Below, one piece after another: positions 32,501 to 41,850 of a DNA stretch of 64,000 bases. The position numbers were made by a program, and so were the translations under genes. Source of the stretch: Piromyces finnis finn (taxonomy: Eukaryota > Fungi > Neocallimastigomycota); assembly GCA_002104945.1 (NCBI GenBank), contig MCFH01000072.1, forward strand, positions 1 through 64,000, in the 5' to 3' direction. Under the pieces are notes generated by a model. It saw nothing but the letters and a program-made list of their open reading frames with translations, made no database searches and was not told the origin of the DNA. Every line of letters starts with the position of its first letter. Positions within the stretch are counted from its first letter, which is position 1.

Positions 32501-32945
32501 CTGCAATTGAAAAAGCAGTTGAAGTAAACTCTTTGGAAAGTTCATCTGTAGAAACATTAGGATCGTTGAATTTTGCTGAAAGAATTTGGAATTTATTATA
32601 ACTGAGAATAGATTCCTTTTCCTCAATACATTTTAATCTATTCCATTTCAGAATTTTCTTAGGAACATTAAAGTCATTAGAAAAATCTTCCATAGGAATA
32701 ATTTTACCATTAATAAGAAGTGGCTTATGGTCTGATACAGGATAAAAATTATTTATAAATGATCCTGAGTGAATAAGATCTTTCATCTTCGAATTGATAA
32801 GAGCATGGTCAATGTCGGAAGATTGATCACCTCGAGTCCAAGAGATAGTCGACCCTCTAAGCGGAAGAATTTCCCAATCTCCTAATCCATTAGTTGATAA
32901 CCAGTTGGATAATTTTACTTTAGACATATTAAAAATCACCAACAA
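29538..32945 (-). CDS. LINE polyprotein, distal part (C-terminal half of APE, RT, Zn-knuckle)
   Basis: 1135-aa open frame containing SDIDH, SDHKP, the RT motifs and CPCCKC...HWLLDC. Confidence 0.92.
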   Translation of the reverse strand: MLVIFNMSKVKLSNWLSTNGLGDWEILPLRGSTISWTRGDQSSDIDHALINSKMKDLIHSGSFINNFYPVSDHKPLLINGKIIPMEDFSNDFNVPKKILKWNRLKCIEEKESILSYNKFQILSAKFNDPNVSTDELSKEFTSTAFSIADELSITSANNVIKSSFHISQQIFNLQKIKMKLYKRFKKERIYDIDEFIKRIKIYRKLIDYIHKRCNEFRKQEYLHWINTGCEYMKSHNPKKAWKWIKKTAKIGKDSFFIAQPIKNKNGELVVATEEQLEVWHDHFEKLASDPSGVSLDLEHWYEEPMNKRFSLPMLDEWDINQDISIDEVKSAILSTPNYKASGPDGIPIEFYKALIPSSNDSNNATGNNSSGNTTSDNDAHGLNFILKLFNRIWDGDFPNSWNESSIVSIPKKGDLTDCDNYRGISLINNGIKLISKIVTTRISEYGLKNNFIRPEQFGFRKKEESISLFISIQEICRRRQLDNKEIYLAFLDLRKAYDSVPIGNILHKLDCLGIRGKSLQFIKNLYLTSKANVKLDGQFSKSFDVKKGVRQGCPLSPILFNLFINDIFKECEDLGVSLGDTRCCGGLFADDIVICAPTRGCLKKMLRRVNEWALYNEMEFGIQKCSTMVIRPESIENQNKRDPTFYLAGQPIPTTDCYTYLGVPFDKNLSLKPVIKVLNNKVLKGLFSVSKFLRNPNIPIPFKKLVLNSQVISRVSYFAPLLGSNKARFRIAQKHVNKGIRWVAGVHKAVSFISLYSISKDLNIPPLSAKCALAQVRCFNKWKNSNCIISHLVNYIPKFRKYTWCKSSRTLDKKLKKHGDVKAVKNFYWKDLKGNSIKAQYYDDNKFIETKDFIKLCYEYPEFAYGFYWLLKARSGYKLDARVAKAAKFVDPVCPNYCPCCKCGVQSIKHWLLDCPTFRDIRIKHYDSIVQLLNFFSQRNSNSPINNNENVNISRDSNNINSNSNNSSNNNSNSNNSNNNNSSNRNSNNNNSSNRNNNISNDNNSEDNNSNLDSNLVNDSNSSNNPVNINVYDYSSVCSKIFKFLLGGRSFNNINYNSREWKELCKRQIQSGTNEGTPFLTVTAELLTKIMPFAIGQQWTMFKRFEATSKSVNAEETVRQARRASATNGDHNFVP

Positions 32946-34086
32946 GAATCGATGGATGGGATGAATGAGTTTGTAACCACAAGCGAACTTCTAACTTTGC
33001 ATGATCAACATAGATGTTGTGATGACTATGAGGCATATAAACATTTCCAATCGAGCATTTGAATCTATTCCAAAGACTAAAAGTATAAATAGAAATAATA
33101 TACTTTCCAGAGAAGTTTTCAAGTGAGGCTTGACACGAATTGTGAAAACCTAAATATAAACCTCTCATTCCAGGAACTGATTCGTCAGCTTTCTTGAAAA
33201 AGTGTCTATAGTTTCGCAAAGTAACACGACAAGGATAATCTGTATTCGATCCAGAACCATTACCAGTTTCTTGGAAACATAAAAATAATGGTTTGAAAAT
33301 AGCTGTGAAATAGCTAATACTATCTCTCTTTTCGTGATTCCACCCATTGGTGTTCCAACTAAGACAAAAAGAAAAGTTATCAGGCTTGTTGGATGAGGAA
33401 GAATCGTTGCTATTATTATTATTATTATTAAAGTCATCGTTATTAATGGATGATGCATCAGAGGAATAAGTAGAACTATTACTAGATGGCTGTGAAACTG
33501 AAGAACTATCAACTATTGAACTGTTAGCAGAGTTGATAGAACTATTAGAATTAATTGTTGAATGTTGAGATTGAAATTGTGTTTGCTGTAGATCTGGAAT
33601 ATTTTCATGATGGGAAACTTGTTGAAGATCTTGTTGAAGATCTTGTTGAAGATCGGATTGTTGATGAGATTGTTGAACTGATTGTTGAAATGATTGTTGA
33701 ATAGAATGTTGATGTTTATTAGAAACTAAAATTTTACGTTTGAGTGTGGAAAAAGTGTATTTGTGATTCCTTCTACTACGAGCTGAAAAGGAAATTGAGG
33801 TAACTGAAAGTTTCTTCTTTAACATGTGTAAGATTTTAATACAATCTTTTGATGAACCATGAACCTTGACTAAGAAAAAGTGATCATTGAAAGTTTGAAA
33901 ATATTTAACACTAATAACTGAATTAAATTTATCTTCTAGAATAACCTCGAGTTTTTCCCATAGCATATTTACTGACCATGATCGAATACCACGGATAAAG
34001 AAGGAGCGAATATCATCTAAGGGGATACCATAAGACCGGGTACCACGTCTGATATAATTCTTATCTTTAATATAAAGGACTGACAT
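32929..34086 (-). CDS. LINE polyprotein, proximal part (possible RRM-like N-terminus, Q/S/N linker, N-terminal half of APE endonuclease)
   Basis: 385-aa ORF ending ILVGDF-stop; contains SWNTNG, FQETG and NVYMP, so it is not an independent ORF1. Confidence 0.88.
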   Translation of the reverse strand: MSVLYIKDKNYIRRGTRSYGIPLDDIRSFFIRGIRSWSVNMLWEKLEVILEDKFNSVISVKYFQTFNDHFFLVKVHGSSKDCIKILHMLKKKLSVTSISFSARSRRNHKYTFSTLKRKILVSNKHQHSIQQSFQQSVQQSHQQSDLQQDLQQDLQQVSHHENIPDLQQTQFQSQHSTINSNSSINSANSSIVDSSSVSQPSSNSSTYSSDASSINNDDFNNNNNNSNDSSSSNKPDNFSFCLSWNTNGWNHEKRDSISYFTAIFKPLFLCFQETGNGSGSNTDYPCRVTLRNYRHFFKKADESVPGMRGLYLGFHNSCQASLENFSGKYIISIYTFSLWNRFKCSIGNVYMPHSHHNIYVDHAKLEVRLWLQTHSSHPSILVGDF

Positions 34087-34684
34087 GATAATTAATTCTA
34101 ATTAAAAAATATTGAATATAAAATAAATACTAATAAAAATTACAAATATAACGTATATGGAAAAAAATCTGTCTCTCTCTCTCTTCTTAAAAGTACTGGA
34201 TAGTACAAAAATTGTTACGATGCTTTGTTTAAAGTTTCTTTTATTTGAATTCTAGTTGTTAACTTTTTTTAAAAATTCTAGTTTTGGTTTGTTGTTAGTA
34301 AATTCGATTCGCTTTTTGACACTAAAATTGTTTGACTTTACTTTTCATTAAATATTTAAATTGGTAAAAAATTTGAATCAAGAATGTCGACACCAGAAAG
34401 CTTGTGAATAGTATTTTTACATGATGTAGAGTGAATCAGTCTCTTACAAGAAACAATACAACAATAGCTACATGAATATAAAAATACAATGCAAATGCTA
34501 AAGTTGACTACATTGGATTCTTACAAGAGAAGAGTAGTACTACATGAATACATGAATAAAAGAAAAAATACAGCAACAAAATGTATTACTCTTCTAATTA
34601 AATACTATACAAACTTACCTGAATATCAAACATTCAACTTATTCATCAAATACTTAAATTCGATGAATAAAATGTTTTTTAATC

Positions 34685-34853
34685 GCTCAGTACCATGAGC
34701 TTAGTCCTAATAATTTTCCCTTAAAGACTAACCAAGCATCCATTGCGCAATACTTGGATTCAATTCTTTCTACTCTCTCAGTACCATGAGCATAAGTAGA
34801 CCCCCTTGAGAAACTACATTTATTAAATAAATGAAGGCACGTTTCCAAGAGGG
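34685..34853 (-). ncRNA. Putative structured RNA module (five stem-loops) at the 5' end of the LINE transcript
   Basis: Inverted repeats 34801-34853, 34769-34800, 34732-34757, 34701-34731 and 34685-34700, paired by hand; three G-U wobbles exist only on the minus strand. Confidence 0.55.
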
Positions 34854-34855
34854 AA

Positions 34856-34868
34856 TACTACCACTGAT
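34856..34868. repeat. Target-site duplication, right copy TACTACCACTGAT
   Basis: Identical to 29274-29286. Confidence 0.9.
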
Positions 34869-35673
34869 ATCTGACACAAGATTTCTTTTTTTTTTTTTTT
34901 TTTTTTTTTAGAAAAAGATTCTTTACATCAAAAAAATTTTATTTGTTTATTTTTATTTATTTTTTATTTTATTTTTTTTTTTAATTATCTAAAACATCTA
35001 TTTAAAAAAAAAAAAAAAAAAAAAAAAGCTTTTAGATAGATGGGAAAAAAAAAAAAAAGAGTAGACTAGAATAAATAGATATAGATATTATAAATAGTAA
35101 AAAAAAAAAAAAAATAATTCCAAGATTTTTTTTTCTGATTTTTTAATTATATCCAAAGGATAGTAACATCATTAATCGTCATCATTATCTAGTGGAATTT
35201 TTTTTTTTTCCTTTTTTTTTAAAATAATTGATTTTGTTTTTATATTTTTTGTTTTTGTTTTTGTTTTTTTTTAAAAAAAAAAAAAAATGTATATTTTATT
35301 TTAAATAAGAATTGTTATTTTTTTATTATTAATTTTTAATTTTTATTATTTTTTTTATTTTAATAATATTTATTAGTTTTTTTTTTTTTCTTCTCTTTTT
35401 TATAATTTTTCCCACAAATAACAATCGTTATATATATCTATAGTTTATATATTAATAAATATTTTTTTTAAATATATATATTATTGTTATCTTTTTTTTT
35501 TTTCTTGAAAAAAATATTATAAATAAAACCATGATTAGTATTATTATTATTATAAAAATAATATAATAAAAAAAGTTTTATGGTTTTAATATTTTTTAAT
35601 TTTTTTTATGATATATATATTATTTTAATTTTTTTTGTTTTTTTTTTTTTTAATTTTCGTTTGTTAGTTTCTA

Positions 35674-35715
<42 letters not shown>

Positions 35716-36104
35716 TATTATTACTATTATTGATTTTTTTTTTTTTTCAACTTTGGACTCTACTTTTTTTAATTATATGATTTTTTTTTTCTTTCTTTTT
35801 TAAATTTCATTCCTTTTTTTAGTTTAAAAATCAAATATAAATATATATATTATAAAATTATTTTTATAATCATTTCTTTTGGTTTTTAAGTGGGATGAAT
35901 TTTTTAAAGGTATTTTGGTTAGGCAATAAATAATTATTTTCTAAAAAAAAAAGATATTTATAAAAAAAATAAATAGTTCACTGAAAAAAAGTATTGTATT
36001 TTTTTATATATAAATTAAATTATCATTTCTTTTTTTTTTTATAAATTATAAGAGGGAAATAATAGTGAATAACTACTATTTGAGTCTAAAAATAAATATT
36101 TTTT

Positions 36105-36608
36105 TTAAAGACAGCATCCAAAAAGTTTTTTGAAGAAAGATTTCTTTTCCTTCTTTGGAGTTTTGACAGATTCCTTAGAATTGTCAGTAGTAGTAGTAGT
36201 AGTAGTAGTTTTAGCTGGTTCTTCAGTTTTAGTAGATTCTACGATTTCAGAAGCATCCCCATTAATAGAAGAATCGTCAGTATCTAAAACCTTTTTAACA
36301 ATCATAACGTGACCATCTTGATCAGTAATGTTTTCTTCACTATCAGCAGCATCAACAGAAGTCCAATATTTACCGTTAATTAAAAACTTATATTTAATTG
36401 TAGTACCTGGACGAACATTAACATCGGCAGTATATTTTTCATCATCACTAGATTTTTTCATATCAAGCCAACCACTCCATGAACCGAATTCACCAATGAC
36501 ACGAATATTTTCAATTGGTTCTGGGATTTTTCCAGATCTAATTGGGTAATCAATAGTATAAGAAATGAATTTAGAACTCTTCTTAATAGCTTCGTGTTCA
36601 ATAGACAT
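36105..36608 (-). CDS. Stand-alone CBM48/AMPK-beta-type glycogen-binding domain protein with a cysteine-containing basic C-terminal tail
   Basis: IRVIGEFGSWSGWLDMKKS...VNVRPGTTIKYKFLINGKYW fits the AMPK1_CBM/CBM48 pattern (V.V.GSF..W...YKFIVDG.W); tail KKEKKSFFKKLFGCCL. Confidence 0.8.
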   Translation of the reverse strand: MSIEHEAIKKSSKFISYTIDYPIRSGKIPEPIENIRVIGEFGSWSGWLDMKKSSDDEKYTADVNVRPGTTIKYKFLINGKYWTSVDAADSEENITDQDGHVMIVKKVLDTDDSSINGDASEIVESTKTEEPAKTTTTTTTTDNSKESVKTPKKEKKSFFKKLFGCCL

Positions 36609-39600
36609 TTTTAATTTATTTATTTTATATCTTTTTTTTTTTTTTTTTTACAAAAAAAAAATATATATATATATATATTTGTTGATTTCACCGCATACCA
36701 TATTTTAAATTATAATTTTAAAAGTTTTGATATTTATACAAAATATAGAATAGTTGAAGAAGATAGGGTGGATACATAGTTAGTAATATATTATATATTT
36801 TTGTTTTAATTATATAAAAATATAAAAAATATAAAATATTAAAAATGTATTTTAAAGATATGTCTATTATTTTTTTTTTCATATACTATTTCATTATTAT
36901 TAAAATTTAATAATAGGTATATATCGTTTTTTATATTGTCTTTTTCTTTTTATTCTTTGTCTATAACTAATAATATTATTCTATTTTTTTCTTTTTACGT
37001 CGATAGCTGATATATAATAAAAGGTGACACTTACAATATTAATTGTTATTTGCAAAAAAAAAAAAAGTTTTAATTTATGATAAAAAAAAAAGAATTAATT
37101 TTTTTTATAGTTCCAAAATTGTTGAGTTTTTTTTTTTTTTTTTATTAAAAGTTCAAGCTTTAACTTTTCAAAATTGTTTTATAATAATTTAATATTTTTT
37201 ATTTTTTATTTTTTATTTTTTATAAAAATTATTATAAATAGTTTGGTTTTTTTTTTTTTTTTTTTTTTTATAATTATTAGTATTGAAATAACAAAAAATA
37301 TTAAGTTTTTTTTTTTTTTTTTTAAAAATAATATTTAAAAAAAGTTATTATTTCAAGAGAGAAAAAAAAATAGTTTTAGAGTAAAGTTTAAAAAAAAAAA
37401 AGAAATTTTTAGGTTTTTTATAGTTTTTTTTTTTTTTAATTAAACTTTTTTTTTTTTTTTGAAATTTTAATTATAAAAATTTAATTTAATTTTATAATAT
37501 ATTAAAATCAATTAAAACTAAATATTCAACTGATTTAATTTAAAAAGAAAGAAATCGGTACACACAATACTATTTTCTATTTATTTTAATCTATGTGATA
37601 AATATATTAGAATACATTAGAATATATAATAAAATTTAATAAATCATTTTTTTAAAAGTCACTTTTTAACCTCAATTTTCAACCAGAACCTAAGGAAAGA
37701 AAAAAAGTGCTTAATTCTGTTTCTAAATACGGATAGAATCAACATACAAGTTACAGGTAAAGCAAACCTTTTTTAATCAATAAATTATCAATTTAAAAAT
37801 GATTATTAAAAGTAGAATAAATGATTTTTTTTTTTTTTTAATTTTGATTATAAATTAACTCCAAAGGTATAAAAGAAAAAAGGGATGGTAAAAAAGGGTA
37901 GCAATACCTATAACAATACCCAATAATAATAACTAATGAATATATTAGTATCCATTTACAATGATTATTGCAAATGAATTAATAACACTTTTTATATAAA
38001 ATTCCATCGGATGATGATGATAATACTAAGAAAAATTAATATTAATTGCTTATTTAATAAATGACCTTTTTTTTTTTTTTTTATTAATTTGATTAAAAAA
38101 AATAAATTAATTAAAAGAATTAGTAAAAAGTCAACTTTTAGTTTTAAGATTAAAGATAAAATAAAATAAAATAAAACTAGATGGTATTCTTTATTCTTGC
38201 TTTATTTTTTTCACCACTAATACAATGCCCAAAAAAAAAAATTAACAATGCCTTTTTTTTTTCATTCTATTATAGAATAACTTATTGAAAATAGAAAGAT
38301 ATTTTAAAAAAAAAAAAACAGAAAAATTGATAGATGTATTCATATATTAATAATATATGATAATATATTGATAATAAATTAAAAAATTAATTTATTTTTT
38401 AAATCCTTAAATTATATTGGTCAATATTTTAATTAATTTAAAGTGCAGAAAAAAAAAAAAAAGCAATTTAAAGTCAAAGATAAACTTTCAAGGAAAGGTA
38501 GAAAAAAAAAAAAAAAAGGTGATGACCATAAATAAAAAGTAGTGAGATTATAGATTTAAAAAAAAAAAAAAAAAAAAAAACATTTATTTTATTAGTGTGT
38601 AGCGTATCCATAATTTCTTTTTTTTTTTTTTTCTTTCAAATAATAAAAGAAAAGAAATGGAAACTCACTTGAAAGATCAACATTTTTTATAGTAGGATTG
38701 TCCCTATATAAATAAATTTTAAAGTATTACTTTTCATGAAGGATTACCTTAATATCGACTTATACATTTCTTTGAATTTTTTATAAAATAAAAAAAAAGA
38801 TTAAAACTTTTTTCACCATATTTCTCATCCTAATGAATAGTGTAGGATTAATGCTAATACCATTGATATTTTTTATGGCGTGTGAATGTATCCGGATTAA
38901 AATAATTCATTGTGTGTGTGTGTGGTGGTGGTAACAAATTTCTATTTTTTTTTTTAATTTAGGATTATATCAAAGGACAAGAACGTACTATAAAAAAAAA
39001 AAAAACGAATAATTATAAAGTTTATATTTTATTTCCTTTTCATCTTTTTTTTTTTTTTAAAAAAAAAAATTTAAAGTATTGTTAATATATGGACTGCATC
39101 AAAAAAATAAAAAAAAAAGAGGTTGATATGAAATTAAAGAATGTATTTATATGGAAAAAAAAAAAACTTTTATTTAAAAAACTATCCATTTTTTATTATT
39201 TCTATTTAGTTAAAATGATGGATTAAAAAAAAAAGAGAGTTTTAAAGGTTGAAAATGCTTTCAATTCATTATTACCTATAATGAAACCATTGATATTCTC
39301 TAACCCTGTGTCAAAATTATATACCCTGAATAAATCCTGAATAAATCCTCCAAGAAATTTTAAAATAAATTTTCAAACTACTTTTTTTATATTGAATAAA
39401 ACATTTTTTCTTTCTTTCTTTTTTATTTCGGGTGTAAAGTTTTGTTTATTTTTATTTAAAAATACTTTTTAAAGTAAAAATAAAAAAAAACTATTTTTTT
39501 TTTTTTTGATTATGTTTTGTTTATTTAAATAAAGAGGAGATTAAATATAATCTTTTTTTCTTAATAATAAAATTAAATCTTAATTTATATTCTATAAATA

Positions 39601-39865
39601 GTTTACCAATTTTAAATATATTTTTTTAATATAAAAAAAAGTATGGTAAAATAGAGTATTATTATTAATTTTTCGTTTTTGATTTCTTGCATTTTTTACA
39701 TTTTTTTTTTTTTCATTCTATATTAATTATTTTTTTTTAGGCATGAATTATTAATATATGTTATTTTTTATTGATTATATACTAAAAGGATATATTATTA
39801 CAATATATAATAATTCATGATGTATATTTTATTACAATATTTTAATTATATCTTGGAGTGATAAT

Positions 39866-41850
39866 TTAATGTCTTAATAAAAATAAAGAGAGAATAACAG
39901 CAAAAGTAGAGAAAATCATCTTAGCTTCAATACTTGAAGCAGAAGAACTATCATTAATTTCCATAGTTTGACCGACATTAGTAGCATCAACTGCATTGTT
40001 GCCATTTAAATTGTTAGCAATACCTTCATTACCAGTGGCTTGGTAAGCAGAAGTACCAAGACATTCACTAAGAGAAACAAATTCATATCCAAGACTTTTA
40101 ACGTATTCTACAACAGCTGGAAGAACAGTATCAACAGTAGTAGCGTGAACATCGTGCATTAAAGAAATGAAACTGTGGGTTTGTGGTGAAACACCTGGAG
40201 CAGTAAGTTGTTTGTTTAATTCAGCTTTAACATTGTCAAGAAGAGTTTCTGGATTTGATCTGAATTCCCAATCTCTAGTATCAGTTCCCCACATAATAAT
40301 ATTGTATCCAGAAGCACCCAAGTACTTTTGAACTCTTTCATTGTAAGCTTGTCTTTCTGGGTCAGTTTCTTGATAAGCACCACTACCACATGGTGGTCTG
40401 AAGAAAGCTGGCTTTACACCAATAATATTTTGAATGGTATCAGTCATCTTATCAATGTTGGTTTCCATAGTACCTTCTTTAATGGCTTCAAATAAATCCT
40501 TGTGATAATAAGTGTGTGATCCAATTTCATGACCTTCATTAGCTTCCTGTCTAATTAAATCAATAGTTTCTTGGCTGGTTTCAACATTACCATAGTTAAT
40601 ACCATTAACAAAGAAAGTAGCCTTAATATTATTTTGTTTTAAAAATTGTAAAGCTCTTGGGGTAGTAAGTGGGTTTGGTCCATCATCAACTATGATTAAA
40701 ATGTAAAAAAAAATTAGTTAATCATTTAATTAATGAAAAATTCTATCCTATAACTAAAATGATGTATCATTGTTGATAGTTACAAGTTAAAACAAATTGT
40801 CCTGGCTTTTGACAAAATTGATAAATAGGAGCTGCTGGAGCTGCGGCAAGTTCAGCATCAGTAAAGCGACTGACACTAGAAATTGGAGCAGAGGTTGTAC
40901 CAGTAGCTGGGGCAGCTGGAGCTGGGGCAGCGGCAGCGGCAGAGGTACTAACAGCTTGTTCAGTGCCAACAGATTTTCCTATAAAGTTGGAAACGTTTAA
41001 TAATATATCATTGAGAAACAATAGAAATAAAACAATAAATTTATTAATCATTTATATCATTGAGAAACAAGAGAAATAAAACAATAAATTTATTAATCAT
41101 TTATATAAACAATAATTTAATTCATTTTTATTTAACGAATTACTTTTGTATTGTAAAATGTAAATTTTTATAGAAATTGTTAATATAGTAAATTGTTTAC
41201 ATTATATATATTTATACTATATTGTATATTAAATTGATACTTTTTTTTAAATATATATATAGTTATTCATTATTAATCATATTTGTTTATTAAAAAAAGA
41301 TAGATTTATAAAACTTTCATGCTATCTTAAGTTTTTTACATTTTTATATCGATATTTGGATTGTTCTTTTCATTTTAATACATCTATTCAACAAAAAAAA
41401 AAATTTAAATTGTACTTTTTTAAATTAAAGCAATATCCCCTTTTTACTGATAATAAATAATTAATTTTAAAAAATACATTTTATTTCTCTTGAAAAAAAA
41501 AATATAATATGATTTTCATATATCATTTAAACATAATGATAAATGAACATGAGTTTCAAAGTTAAAAAGTAATGGATTGAAAAATAATAATTTCTAAATT
41601 TATAAAAGTATTTACAATTATATTAAAATTGATTGCATTAAATTAACCATTTTTATTTTTTTCCATTTAGTAAATAAAATGTAAAACTATTTTAAAACTT
41701 TATAACTATAGAATTCCCATGATTAATCATGGTATCCAACATTTATTATGAAAAAGAACTTTATATAATTAAAAAAAAAAATTCTTTAAAATTATTACCA
41801 TAAGCAGTAGCACTAGCAGCTAATAAACTAATGGCGATTCTCTTGAACAT
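39866..41850 (-). CDS. GPI-anchored polysaccharide/chitin deacetylase (CE4, NodB); exons 41850-41799, 40978-40784, 40689-39866
   Basis: Signal peptide MFKRIAISLLAASATAY; motifs TFDDGP (split by an intron), GSHTYYH, FRPPCG, DTRDW, LMHD; hydrophobic GPI-type C-terminus; junction phases are consistent. Confidence 0.9.
41004..41101. repeat. 49-bp tandem duplication (1 mismatch) in intron 1 of the CE4 gene
   Basis: 41004-41052 versus 41053-41101. Confidence 0.92.

Larger units (their letters stand above)
29286..34855 (-). mobile_element. Full-length APE-type non-LTR retrotransposon (LINE), about 5.57 kb
   Basis: T17 at 29286-29302 is the poly(A) tail; 13-bp TSD; APE motifs SWNTNG, CFQETG, GNVYMP, GDF(N), SDIDH, SDHKP; RT motifs GPDG, NYRGISL, QFGF, FLDLRKAYDSV, GVRQGCPLSPILFNLFIND, FADD, YLGV; C-terminal CPCC...H...C. 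Confidence 0.96.

Noticed and set aside
32929-34086. Calling the 385-aa ORF a separate gag-like ORF1
   Set aside because: It contains the first half of the APE endonuclease, so it belongs to the same polyprotein.
34489-34698. 69-aa antisense ORF in the LINE 5'UTR (ORF0-like)
   Set aside because: Short, AT-rich and without a motif; expected by chance.
34856-34878. Resemblance of the target TACTACCACTGATATCTGACAC to the antisense of 28S rRNA (TACTACCACCAAGATCTGCAC)
   Set aside because: Only a short partial match and no other rDNA sequence nearby.
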